A stretch of DNA of 13,013 bases from Tubiluchus corallicola (taxonomy: Eukaryota > Animalia > Priapulida): contig JAQGDQ010002146.1 of the NCBI GenBank assembly GCA_030141605.1, positions 1 to 13,013 on the forward strand. Direction: 5' to 3'. Below the pieces are notes generated by a model, which saw only the letters and a list, made by a program, of their open reading frames with translations, did no database searches and was not told the DNA's origin. The position numbers and the translations under genes are program-made. Of this stretch, positions 1 through 9,237 are shown in pieces (the first letter of the stretch is position 1; every line of letters begins with the position of its first letter).

Positions 1-8
1 ATTAATAA

Positions 9-64
9 TAATTATTTAACTAAATGTTTATAATTAATTATTTATTATTTGACTAATTATTATT
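9..64 (+). repeat. 56-bp AT-rich block, copy 1 of a perfect direct repeat (copy 2 at 3286-3341); lies in an imperfect hairpin spanning 2-66
   Basis: TAATTATTTAACTAAATGTTTATAATTAATTATTTATTATTTGACTAATTATTATT occurs identically at 9-64 and 3286-3341. TTAATAATAATTA (2-14) is the reverse complement of TAATTATTATTAA (54-66), and there is a central palindrome ATAATTAATTAT (30-41). Confidence 0.93.
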
Positions 65-652
65 AAAAACTTTTACATCAAAAAGTTAAAGGTTAAAATC
101 ATGGCAAACATTCTCACTAGCTGCTGCTGTCTTCATCAGTGGTAAATTTACAAACATACAACCAGTTACTGCACACAAGTGCCTGTATGTTTGTAAATTT
201 ACCAATAATGTTGATAGCAGCAGCTAGTGGGAATGTTTGCCATGATTTAAACTTTTAACTTTTTAATGTAAATGTTTTTTATTAAAGTTGTGTTGTTTTT
301 AACTAATAATGTTTTTATGTGCCTGTGATAAAATTGTCATAAACAACTAGAGTTCAAAAGTGAGAAAACCGAAGAGGAGCAAAAGTGATGCTGTGACTGC
401 TGAAAGAAGCGGTAGCAACAGCAGCAACAGTAGCAACAGCATGAAGCAAAATAGAAGAAAAAAGAGAATAAAACGAAAAAGATGATGAAGAAGATCAACT
501 ACAGCAACAAAAGGGCAATGAAAACAACAACGACTGTGACAACAACAATGACAGTGACAGCAACAACGACGACGATGACAAAAACCACCACCACCATCAC
601 CAACAACATAAGAACAACAATAAATACTGCTACTATTAATACTACTACTACT
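60..652 (+). repeat. Left arm of long inverted repeat 1 (partner 2683-3254); includes module-A hairpin and CAA/CAG/GAT low-complexity tract
   Basis: Colinear reverse-complement match, e.g. CTAGAGTTCAAAAGTGAGAAAACCGAAGAG (347-376) vs CTCTTCGGTTTTCTCACTTTTGAACTCTAG (2975-3004). The ORF-track peptides 482..727(+) and 2392..2958(-) share MMKKINYSNKR.MKTTTTVTTT. Confidence 0.95.
65..279. repeat. Fold-back hairpin, module A copy 1 (96-bp arms, 23-nt loop); MITE/foldback-like
   Basis: Arm 65-160 is the reverse complement of 184-279 with about 10 mismatches and no gaps. Loop ACCAGTTACTGCACACAAGTGCC (161-183). Confidence 0.93.
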
Positions 653-1808
653 CTTACCAAGTACTACTGTGGCCTTGTCCCTTGTGTTGCTACTGTTACC
701 AAGTACTACTGTGGCGCTGTCACATGAGTTACTACTGCTACCAAGTACTACTGTGGCGCTGTCCCGTGTGTTACTACTGTTACCAAGTACTACTGTGGCG
801 GTGTCCCATGTGTTACTACTGTTACCAAGTACTACTGTGGCGCTGTCACATGTGTTACTACTCTTACCAAGTACTACTGTGGCGCTGTCCCATGTGTTAC
901 TACTGTTACCAAGTACTACTGTGGCGCTGTCCCATGTGTTACTACTCTTACCAAGTACTACTGTGGCCTTGTCCCATGTGTTACTACTCTTACCAAGTAC
1001 TACTGTGGCCTTGTCCCATGTGTTACTACTCTTACCAAGTACTACTGTGGCGCTGTCACATGTGTTACTACTCTTACCAAGTACTACAGTGGCGCTGTCA
1101 CATGTGTTACTGCTTACCAAGTACTACGGTGGCGCTGTCCCATGTGTTACTACTCTTACCAAGTACTACTGTGGCGCTGTCCCATGAGTCACTACTCTTA
1201 CCAAGTACTACTGTGGCGCTGTCCCATGAGTCACTACTCTTACCAAGTACTACTGTGGCGCTGTCCCATGAGTCACTACTCTTACCAAGTACTACTGTGG
1301 CGCTGTCCCATGTGTTACTACTCTTACCAAGTACTACTGTGGCGCTGTCCCATGTGTTACTACTGTTACCAAGTACTACTGTGGCGCTGTCCCATGAGTT
1401 ACTACTCTTACCAAGTACTACTGTGGCGCTGTCCCATGAGTTACTACTCTTACCAAGTACTACTGTGGCGCTGTCACATGAGTTACTACTCTTACCAAGT
1501 ACTACTGTGGCGCTGTCACATGTGTTACTACTCTTACCAAGTACTACTGTGGCGCTGTCCCATGTGTAACTACTGTTACCAAGTACTACTGTGGCGCTGT
1601 CCCATGAGTTACTACTCTTACCAAGTACTACTGTGGCGCTGTCCCATGAGTTACTACTCTTACCAAGTACTACTGTGGCGCTGTCACATGTGTTACTACT
1701 CTTACCAAGTACTACTGTGGCGCTGTCACACGTGTTACTACTGTTACCAATTACCTACTGTGGCGCTGTCCCATGAGTTACTACTCTTACCAAGTACTAC
1801 TGTGGCGC
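646..1808 (+). repeat. 42-bp minisatellite, ~28 copies, consensus TTACTACTCTTACCAAGTACTACTGTGGCGCTGTCCCATGTG
   Basis: GTACTAC recurs every 42 nt from 661 to 1794, with one 2-nt deletion near 1111 and one 1-nt insertion near 1753. This explains the 14-aa periodic ORFs (LLLLPSTTVALSHV, etc.). Confidence 0.97.
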
Positions 1809-2461
1809 GTTTAAAAATGGCACATCAGTCGTAACTTAAGACACAAATCATAATTTCCGTAATTTCTGCTAATAATGGAATTATCGCAACGCCTACGTTC
1901 CCACACGTGCTGTTTCACCTGAGATTTATTGTCCCTATCACACTGTCACCTGTCGGCGAGTTTCTGACATCAATTGATTTACTTTCGACAATCGAATCTT
2001 TGTCAGGTATGGTTAGATCTGTCGTCTGTTAAAACCTCATTACCTGCGCATCAAAATCGCATAATGAGTTTTTGAACGTGGCTCAAATCGGACCGTCTGA
2101 CAAAGACGTACTGAGCGAGTACAATGTCCGGAAAAGATGACGTACCGGTCTAAAATGGCCCCAAACGTGAGAAATCAAAAAGCGACACTTTTTTTCGGTT
2201 GGCATCTATTATTGTAATTAAAGTGTCGAGTTTAATGTTTCTCTGTTCGTGCAAAGAGGGCAGGTCAGTCTCCTTGCTTTGATGACTGATGAGTTTTGAA
2301 TTGATTACAATTACATGCATTACGCGTTGTCTATTATTTACTTCTGTCCTTCCTTTGACTTTGGTATCTTATGTAAGACTTTGATTGAATTTCATGTCAG
2401 ATGGTAATCATGTTGATTGGTTTGCATTTGTGCCTGGCTCATAGATCTAAGCCTCATATTT

Positions 2462-2510
2462 TCTGCTGCTTTTGCCGTTGCTGTTGTTGTTGTTGTTGTG
2501 GTTGTTGTTC

Positions 2511-2544
<34 letters not shown>

Positions 2545-2614
2545 AATAGTAGTAGTAGTAGTAGTGGTAGTGGTAGTGGTAGTGGTAGTGGTAGTGGTAG
2601 TGGTAGTGGTAGTG

Positions 2615-2696
<82 letters not shown>

Positions 2697-2714
2697 CAGT
2701 AGTAGCAGTAGTTC
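2462..2714 (+). repeat. Compound trinucleotide microsatellite (GTT)n-(GCT)n-(GTA)n-(GTGGTA)n-(GTA)n
   Basis: Directly visible tracts; source of the poly-T/V/S/C/A pseudo-ORFs. Confidence 0.96.
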
Positions 2715-3254
2715 TTGTTGTTCTTATGTTGTTGGTGATGGTGGTGGTGGTTTTCGTCATCATCGTCGTTGTCGCTGTCACCGTCATTGTTGTTGTTTTT
2801 GTTGTTGTCACAGTCGTTGTTGTTTTCATTTCCCTTTTGTTGCTGTAGTTGATCTTCTTCATCATCTTTTTTCGTTTTGTTCTCTTTTTTCTTCTTTTTT
2901 GCTTCATGCTGTTGCTACTGTTGCTGCTGCTGTTGCTACCGCTTCCTTCAGCAGTCACAGCATCACTTTAGCTTCTCTTCGGTTTTCTCACTTTTGAACT
3001 CTAGTTATTTATGACAATTTTATCACAGGCACATAAAAACATTTACATTAAAAAGTTAAAAGTTAAAATCATGGCAAACACCTCCACTAGCTGCTGCTAT
3101 CAACATTATTGGTAAATTTACAAACATACAGGCAGTTGTGTGCAGTAACTGGTTGTATGTTTGTAAATTTACCACTGATGAAGACAGCAGCAGCTAGTGG
3201 GAACGTTTGCCATGATTTTAACCTTTAACTTTTTGATGTAAAAATTTTTAATAA
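2683..3254 (-). repeat. Right arm of long inverted repeat 1 (partner 60-652)
   Basis: Reverse complement of 60-652. It lacks a 37-bp segment (about 280-316) and has about 12 extra nt in the CAA-rich tract. Confidence 0.95.
3035..3249. repeat. Fold-back hairpin, module A copy 2 (inverted relative to copy 1)
   Basis: Arms 3035-3130 and 3154-3249. Loop GGCAGTTGTGTGCAGTAACTGGT is the reverse complement of the copy-1 loop with one mismatch. Confidence 0.93.
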
Positions 3255-3285
3255 ACTTGTGTTGTTTTAACTAAAGAATTATTAT

Positions 3286-3341
3286 TAATTATTTAACTAA
3301 ATGTTTATAATTAATTATTTATTATTTGACTAATTATTATT
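3286..3341 (+). repeat. 56-bp AT-rich block, copy 2 of the direct repeat (copy 1 at 9-64)
   Basis: 56/56 identical to 9-64, same orientation. Confidence 0.93.
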
Positions 3342-3720
3342 GCTCCTAGACCAGTGAACATTACAGGAAGGTACTGTATTTTATGCACAATAAAACAATG
3401 TAACTCACAAAGTGTAGAAAGTTGATAAACGATTTCCTTCCCATTTAAATGTACTTACAACAATGTGTACAGGTTGTCCCTAAAACTAGGTTACCCATAA
3501 TCTCACGAGAAAGGTATGAAAGGTCATTGATTACAATCAAGACTAGATCAATTCATTCCGAATACCTGTTAGAGTAGAGATGGTCTAGATCACCACATGA
3601 TATCCTGTTTTGGTTTGTATGCATCGAACTGTCTCAGTTGTAGAATGCAGTAAATGGAAATTACTGTAGAAGGGAGGGAGTTGATTGTCTTTTTCAGTTC
3701 GTGTTGTTGCTTCTAGCAAG

Positions 3721-3766
3721 CTGTCTCTTACTCTTTCTGCTTCTCTTTCTCACTCTTCATTTTTCA

Positions 3767-3839
<73 letters not shown>

Positions 3840-4240
3840 TCTGTCTCTCTCTTTCTGTCTCCCTCTCTCTCCTTTTCTCCTCTGTCCCTCCTTTCTCGCT
3901 CTTTCTCTCTGTCTCTCTCTCTCTCTCTCTGTCTCATTTTTTCTCTTTCTCCCCTTCTCTTCTCTTTTTCTTTTTCGCTCTCACACACTGTGTCTCTGTC
4001 CCTTGCTTTATTTCACCTTTTTTCCGCTCCCTTCTCTTTCCCTCTACTATTCTTCTTCTCTTTCTATCTCTCCCACTTTTTCTTTATTTCTTTCTTTCTT
4101 TCTGTCTGTCTCTCTCTCTCTCTCTCTCGCTCTCTCTCTCTCTCTGTCTGCCTGTCTATCTGTCTGTCTGTCTGTCTATGTTTCTTTCACTCTTTCTTTC
4201 TGTGTCTGTCTCTCTTTGTTTCTCTGTCTCTCTCTCTCTG

Positions 4241-4300
<60 letters not shown>

Positions 4301-4325
4301 TCTTACTCTCTTCCCCTCTTGTTTC

Positions 4326-4362
<37 letters not shown>

Positions 4363-4470
4363 TTGTCTCTCTGTCTCTCTCTCTTTCTCTCACTCTGTTT
4401 CCCTCTTGTTTCTCTGCCTGTCTGTCTCTCGCCCCCCCTCTCTCTCTCACTCACCTAACTTTCTCTATAT
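3721..4470 (+). repeat. ~750-bp degenerate (CT)n/(CTGT)n polypyrimidine tract
   Basis: Strongly C/T-dominated + strand with runs of CT and CTGT. Internal duplication of CCCTCTTGTTTCTCTG near 4314 and 4401. Source of the SL- and ER-repeat ORFs. Confidence 0.96.
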
Positions 4471-4939
4471 TCCTATCTCCCGGCTGCCTCCAATATTCGA
4501 TATTGTTCTTTGACAGACGAGCATCGGCGCGTACGTTTATGCGATTACTCTCACTGACTGACACCGCAATTAAACCAACTGATAGAATTAATTAAGACGG
4601 TAAAGGTGGTTGTTGCAATCTCATTGCTCAATGTGGTGGAAGATCTACGTCTGTAGCTACTGCTTAAGCAAATGGCGTCTCACAATCAACTCATAGAGCG
4701 AGTTAATGATCGATCAATAGTATTAGAAGCTCAATTCAATTACGTTTATTAACCTCTGTTTTCCCTTGGTTCAGGCCAAAGATAGGTACCACCCAATAGG
4801 GCAGTCGTTAATTGAGATAGGCTTAGCAATTACAATGGTCGTTATAAAATTTTGTCAACTGAAAGTAAATTGATCCTTGTGAAAAGATGTGAAAAAGTGT
4901 TGAGAAGTAACGATGTCAATGAAATGTTTAATGTCAGAG

Positions 4940-5470
4940 AAAGGTCAAGGTCAACGGAAGGTCAGTGGTTACAGGTGGATCTATTAAAAGCAACATGAAT
5001 TGTAAGACTTGAAATTTTCACAAAATTGACTTGAAAAATTGGCGTTTTGTCTGAACGCAAGGCAGGCAAAAAGGAAAATCTCGAAAAAAAGAATTTTTTC
5101 TTTCCAGATTCCTCACCGGTTTTTTTCCAAATTCGAGTCGGCTGTGTTTGTTTATCATCTAGACTTCCTGGCAAATAAAGACGTCAACCGTTTATGAGCT
5201 AGACATTTGACCTTCAATTCCCATGTTTATGTCAGATAAGGAGAAGGGTCACTGTTCCATATCAAATACGACCTCAACGTTTGACCTTGACCTTTTATCT
5301 TCATATTTCGCTGTACGTTAGAGCAAAATTTTGATATAAAAACTTACTAGTTTGGTGACATTGGCTTAATTATTTTGTAAAATGACATTTTAGTGTAAAT
5401 AGACGTAGGAGTTCTTTGTAAGAAAAATGTCACTACAAAAAGTAATGCTTTGACTTTCGACCTTTGACCT
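4940..5470. mobile_element. Possible relic of a non-autonomous DNA element rich in TGACCT(T)TGACC motifs
   Basis: AAAGGTCAAGGTCAA (4940-4954) is the exact reverse complement of TTGACCTTGACCTTT (5281-5295). Further TGACCT motifs at 5208 and 5458-5470. Family assignment rests on my recollection of invertebrate interspersed repeats, not on a search. Confidence 0.35.
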
Positions 5471-5828
5471 AGAGAAATATAACAGAACCCTAATTAAATT
5501 TGAGTTCGTAAAGAAGTTATTTTTTATAGTCATTGTCTGCATATTCTATTTACAAGAACTAAATTTATAAGAAGTCTATTTACTAGAAATATTCGTCCAT
5601 GTTTTTTAAGAACCGGGTAAAATGACGTTATGTAGCATTGTCGTGTTTCCTTTTTCGTCAACTTTTAAAGCAAAACCGGACCCAATCCTCAAACTCTATT
5701 TCAAGACAATCTACTGTTTAAAATATGGGAATGAAACATTCTATTTTTTAAAGAATGACTTACCCGAAGAGCTATTACCGCACGATGTTTCGCACTCGCG
5801 TTCTTATTAAAATGTCGCTACGAAATCA

Positions 5829-5931
5829 CAGCCCAAGCTATTGCACTAGTAACAGTTTTAACAGCTAGCTAGAGCCTTACCTAGTTCATTTTTTCTTGGT
5901 CCCAAGCAAGATCCTGCTAGTAAATCACTCT
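5829..5931 (+). repeat. 103-bp direct repeat, copy 1
   Basis: Ungapped match to 6306-6408 with about 10 mismatches (core CAGTTTTAACAGCTAGCTAGA.CCTTACCTAGTTCATTTTTTCTTG). Confidence 0.92.
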
Positions 5932-6305
5932 AAGCACTCTTACTTTACTTACTTGCTTTATAATCATGATGGGGCTTACTTCCGTCCTGATTTATCATAA
6001 ATTTGTCTTTTTGGATATAAAAATGACGAGGAATACATGTGTTATGCAGTATCACCATCAATATTACCGCTTTTCTGTAACACACCACTAACACTTGACT
6101 GGCGCGAATAGTTATAAGGATAACTGGAAAGCAAACATGCATATGCAATTATATATGTTAAATGTTTTTGTAACCAGAACAAGCTGTTGCAGTTAGCGTA
6201 ACACCTTCCTGCAGGTAAGTTGCTGGTGATAAAATGATGCAAAGTTCCAGCGATTGATGATGATCGTGAAAAGGTCAAAGGTTAAGTGTACCAGACAACG
6301 CCTCG

Positions 6306-6408
6306 CAGCCCATGCTATTGCAATAGCATCAGTTTTAACAGCTAGCTAGAACCTTACCTAGTTCATTTTTTCTTGTTCCCAAACAGGATACTACTAGTAA
6401 ATCACTCT
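6306..6408 (+). repeat. 103-bp direct repeat, copy 2
   Basis: Ungapped ~90% match to 5829-5931. Confidence 0.92.
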
Positions 6409-6899
6409 GCATACAGACTAATGCATAATTAAATAAAGTCCACGTAAAACAACTAAAGTTAATAAACCGATGCGGCAGACCGCTTTGCTTCATACACATG
6501 TTACGTGACGATGTCGCTACGAAATCATAACTTAAAAATTGCGTTTTGGGCTACCGTAGTTATCTTATTATGATAGTTGTTTATTTCAACACAAAAGTTT
6601 CTAAAAATTTTTATCTTAAAACTTGCCTAGTTTTACTACAGCACACTGCATCTCTTACAGTAGCACTGTACTTCAATTTTCTCTTTCACAAACACGTGCA
6701 ACACGCTCGCGGACTATTTTTGATGTTGAAAATTATGTTAGTTTGTGATGTCGTCAATAGTTTGGCTCGCCCGCCGTTAATTAAGTTCTTAGTCTATTGT
6801 TTAACTATCAGAAATGGTTTGGCATTATTCGTTGTGTAAAATGTACACGTTTTGCTGTATTTCAAAATGGGGGAGCATATGGACAATGGTCCTCTTTTA

Positions 6900-7280
6900 C
6901 TTTAAGCGTTTCACACGAAGCCGTTGGCGCAAGGACCCCTCAGAAATGAGGGCGTAAAAGTGGAAGAGGACGCGTTTCTTCTCTTATTAAACAAATCTTC
7001 TCTCCAGTGAACAGCTAATGAAACGGAGGCGTGGAGAGCCCCGTATTTACTTAATCAAACGAAAGTTTGCCGGGTGAACCAAATTAACGCTGACAAAATT
7101 ACAGCCTAGTGGCAACCCTTTCTTAACCGCCGGGAGCCAGGATGAGAGGGAGGATCAGGGGTGTATTGTGGGCTGAATAGGAAGAGGCGGTCGCACGCGT
7201 GCGGCACGGGCGTCCCGGGAAAGATTTTGTTTGATTTGAGGCGGAAAAGAAAAACTCGGAGTGCGTCTGTGGAAGTTTCT
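6900..7280. promoter_or_regulatory. GC/CpG-enriched unique island, candidate cis-regulatory region
   Basis: Visibly higher GC and CpG content than the flanks (e.g. GGCGGTCGCACGCGTGCGGCACGGGCGTCCCGGG). E2F-like GGCGGAAAA at 7240-7248 and RFX-half-site-like TAGTGGCAAC at 7107-7116. Motif matches only. Confidence 0.25.
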
Positions 7281-7317
7281 CATAAATTACAGGATTCGAT
7301 TGAATAAGAATCGTGTT

Positions 7318-7516
7318 AACGTTGTGGGAAATTCTACATACAGCTGTTGAAAATTATTTAGTATAAATAAAGGTGCATAACGTACATTATTATAATTATA
7401 AAACTATACAAAAAACTTAAACATTGACGTAAAATTTGACGCTGTTAAAATTCATTTCAATACATGCATGCGTGCACACACGTGTGTGTGCGCATGTGTG
7501 TGTGTGTGTGTGTGTA

Positions 7517-7551
<35 letters not shown>

Positions 7552-7713
7552 GTGTGCACGCGTGTGTGTATTAATGTTAATTTTAACAGCGTCTAATTTT
7601 ACGTCAATGTTTAAGTTTTTTGTATACTTTTATAATTATAATAATAAACGTTATGCACCTTTATTTATACTAAATAATTTTCAACAGCTGTATGTAGAAT
7701 TTCCCACAACGTT
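7318..7713. repeat. Fold-back hairpin, 147-bp arms around a (TG)n core; MITE-like
   Basis: 7318-7464 is the reverse complement of 7567-7713 with about 8 mismatches and no gaps; the outer ~66 bp are perfect. Both ends read AACGTT. Confidence 0.95.
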
Positions 7714-7747
7714 CCTCTTTGGTTATTTCTCTTTTGATTATTAGTGA

Positions 7748-7920
7748 ATTTTCTCTATTTAAAACAAGTTATCGTTAAAATATCTACTCTATATCTCTAT
7801 TGTATATTTATCTATTTTCTGTATTTTAATAAGTTGTTGTTAAAATATCTACTCTATATCTCTATTGTATATTTGTGCATTTTCACAATTTTAACAGGTT
7901 ATGGTTAATATATCTACCCT
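7748..7920 (+). repeat. 65-bp tandem repeat, ~2.6 copies
   Basis: A(A/G)GTT....GTTAA.ATATCTAC.CT starts at 7766, 7831 and 7896. Confidence 0.88.
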
Positions 7921-8895
7921 GCTAAGTCTAAATCAATGTTTGTGCTTCGCAAGATTTATTACTTTCATACATTCGCTGCAGTGCTAAAACCGTCTTAAAT
8001 TTCAAACGTCTTTTTATGACTGTCATTAACTTGTGCAACCTGTTTGATTTGAATAGATACAAATTCCTTTTCGTGATTTCGTGTTAGAATATTTTCATGT
8101 CAATGTTATAGTATATTATTGACCCTTGTACGTGTATACAGCCATCCATACTACTTTATAAGTTATAAGTTTATTTATTTCCACTCTGCATCTAACAGTT
8201 ATAATAAAAATACAGATAATTTCACTGAAGTAATTATAAATATAAATGCAATATTATCCAGAAATTACAAAAGAGATTCTTATGCAGCATATACATGTGC
8301 AAATTACATTACAGAATAATCTTGATGCATACAGTTTGAGCCTAAAAGCTTAGCTTGACAGGGCAAACTGCACGTGGCAATCTTAAAGAAGTGATTAATA
8401 ATTGAAATAATAATAATATATACATAAAAGTGGGGGGGGGGAGTAGTGAATGAAAGATGAAATGGAGCGAGAACTAAGAAAAACTGTGATTATGATTATA
8501 AAGTGTTCAGTAACCTGTTGAGCATAGTCACGTTTTATTAAGATTACTGTGGAAAAAGAATGCAGGTGATTACCATTATCAAACTGTGTTACTCTCAATA
8601 CTTTTGAAATGTTTCTTTTCTGACGGTTTTTTTAAAAGTTGAGGGGAGTGTCTACATTTTGAATTGCGGCTTAGTCTATTCCACAGGATAGATTTTTGGA
8701 AATGCTTTTGCCAAAGCATAAAATTGTAAACTTACAGATCGTGTGGTGCAAAGCCTAATGACGTAAAAAAATGAAGTTATGTTACTCGAGCACAATTCAT
8801 GGAGTAACACAACGTAAAAGGCATGGCTTTTATTCAGACACAAGCATCTGCAACATGTTGACCAGTTATGGTCATGTTCACGCAACAAACCGTCT

Positions 8896-9237
8896 CAATA
8901 TACATCAATGTATATTGATGTATATACGTATCAAGTATACATCAATATCAATCAATATCAAATATATCAATATCAAATATACACCAATATCCATCGATGT
9001 ATATACATATCAAATATACATCAATATCCATCAATGTCAAATATACACCAATATCCATCGATGTATATACGTATCAAATATACATCAATATCAAATATAC
9101 ACAAATATCCATCGATCTATATACATATCAAATATACATCAATATTCATCAATATCAAATATATCAGTGTAAAATATACACCAATATCTATCGATGTATA
9201 TACATATCAAATATACATCAATATCCACAAATATACA
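8896..9237 (+). repeat. Complex AT-rich satellite built from ATCAAATATACA(T/C)CAATATC sub-repeats, variable period
   Basis: AT(C/T)GAT(G/C)TATATAC(A/G)TATCAA recurs at 8914, 8993, 9057, 9111 and 9190 (spacings 79, 64, 54, 79). Confidence 0.9.

Larger units (their letters stand above)
5812..6527. mobile_element. Possible 682-bp insertion (5829-6510) flanked by a 17-bp duplication
   Basis: ATGTCGCTACGAAATCA occurs at 5812-5828 and 6511-6527. The 103-bp repeat begins immediately after the first copy. Confidence 0.45.

Noticed and set aside
65-279. Pre-miRNA or rho-independent terminator interpretation of the hairpins
   Set aside because: The stems (96-240 bp) are much longer than pre-miRNA or terminator stems, several are multi-copy, and the DNA is not prokaryotic.
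646-1808. CRISPR-like array
   Set aside because: The units are head-to-tail with no unique spacers, there are no cas genes, and the context is eukaryotic.
347-1834. Long ORFs with 14-aa periodicity on both strands
   Set aside because: They are open only because the 42-bp unit lacks stops in several frames. The array contains frameshifting indels and the peptides show no recognisable domain.
1809-2210. Unique segment with MITE-like phrases (TCAAATCGGACC; GACACTTTTTTTCGG)
   Set aside because: No pair of termini or second copy in the window, so it cannot be assigned without a repeat-library search.
2392-2997. Mucin-like poly-Thr or poly-Ser/Val ORFs
   Set aside because: Translations of trinucleotide microsatellites inside an inverted-repeat arm; the mirror copy does not keep the same reading frame intact.
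3468-3497. TACAGGTTGTCCCTAAAA, resembling a Tc1/mariner TA+CAGGGTGTCCC terminus
   Set aside because: No matching inverted partner or transposase remnant seen; too short to support.
3685-4595. SL-rich and ER-rich ORFs
   Set aside because: Artefacts of (CT)n/(GA)n repeats.
6178-6220. Possible 37-nt micro-exon (TAACCAG acceptor, CAG/GTAAGT donor)
   Set aside because: The donor is consensus, but the acceptor is weak, only one frame is open, it lies within a probable insertion, and no partner exons are evident. It would need RNA-seq support.
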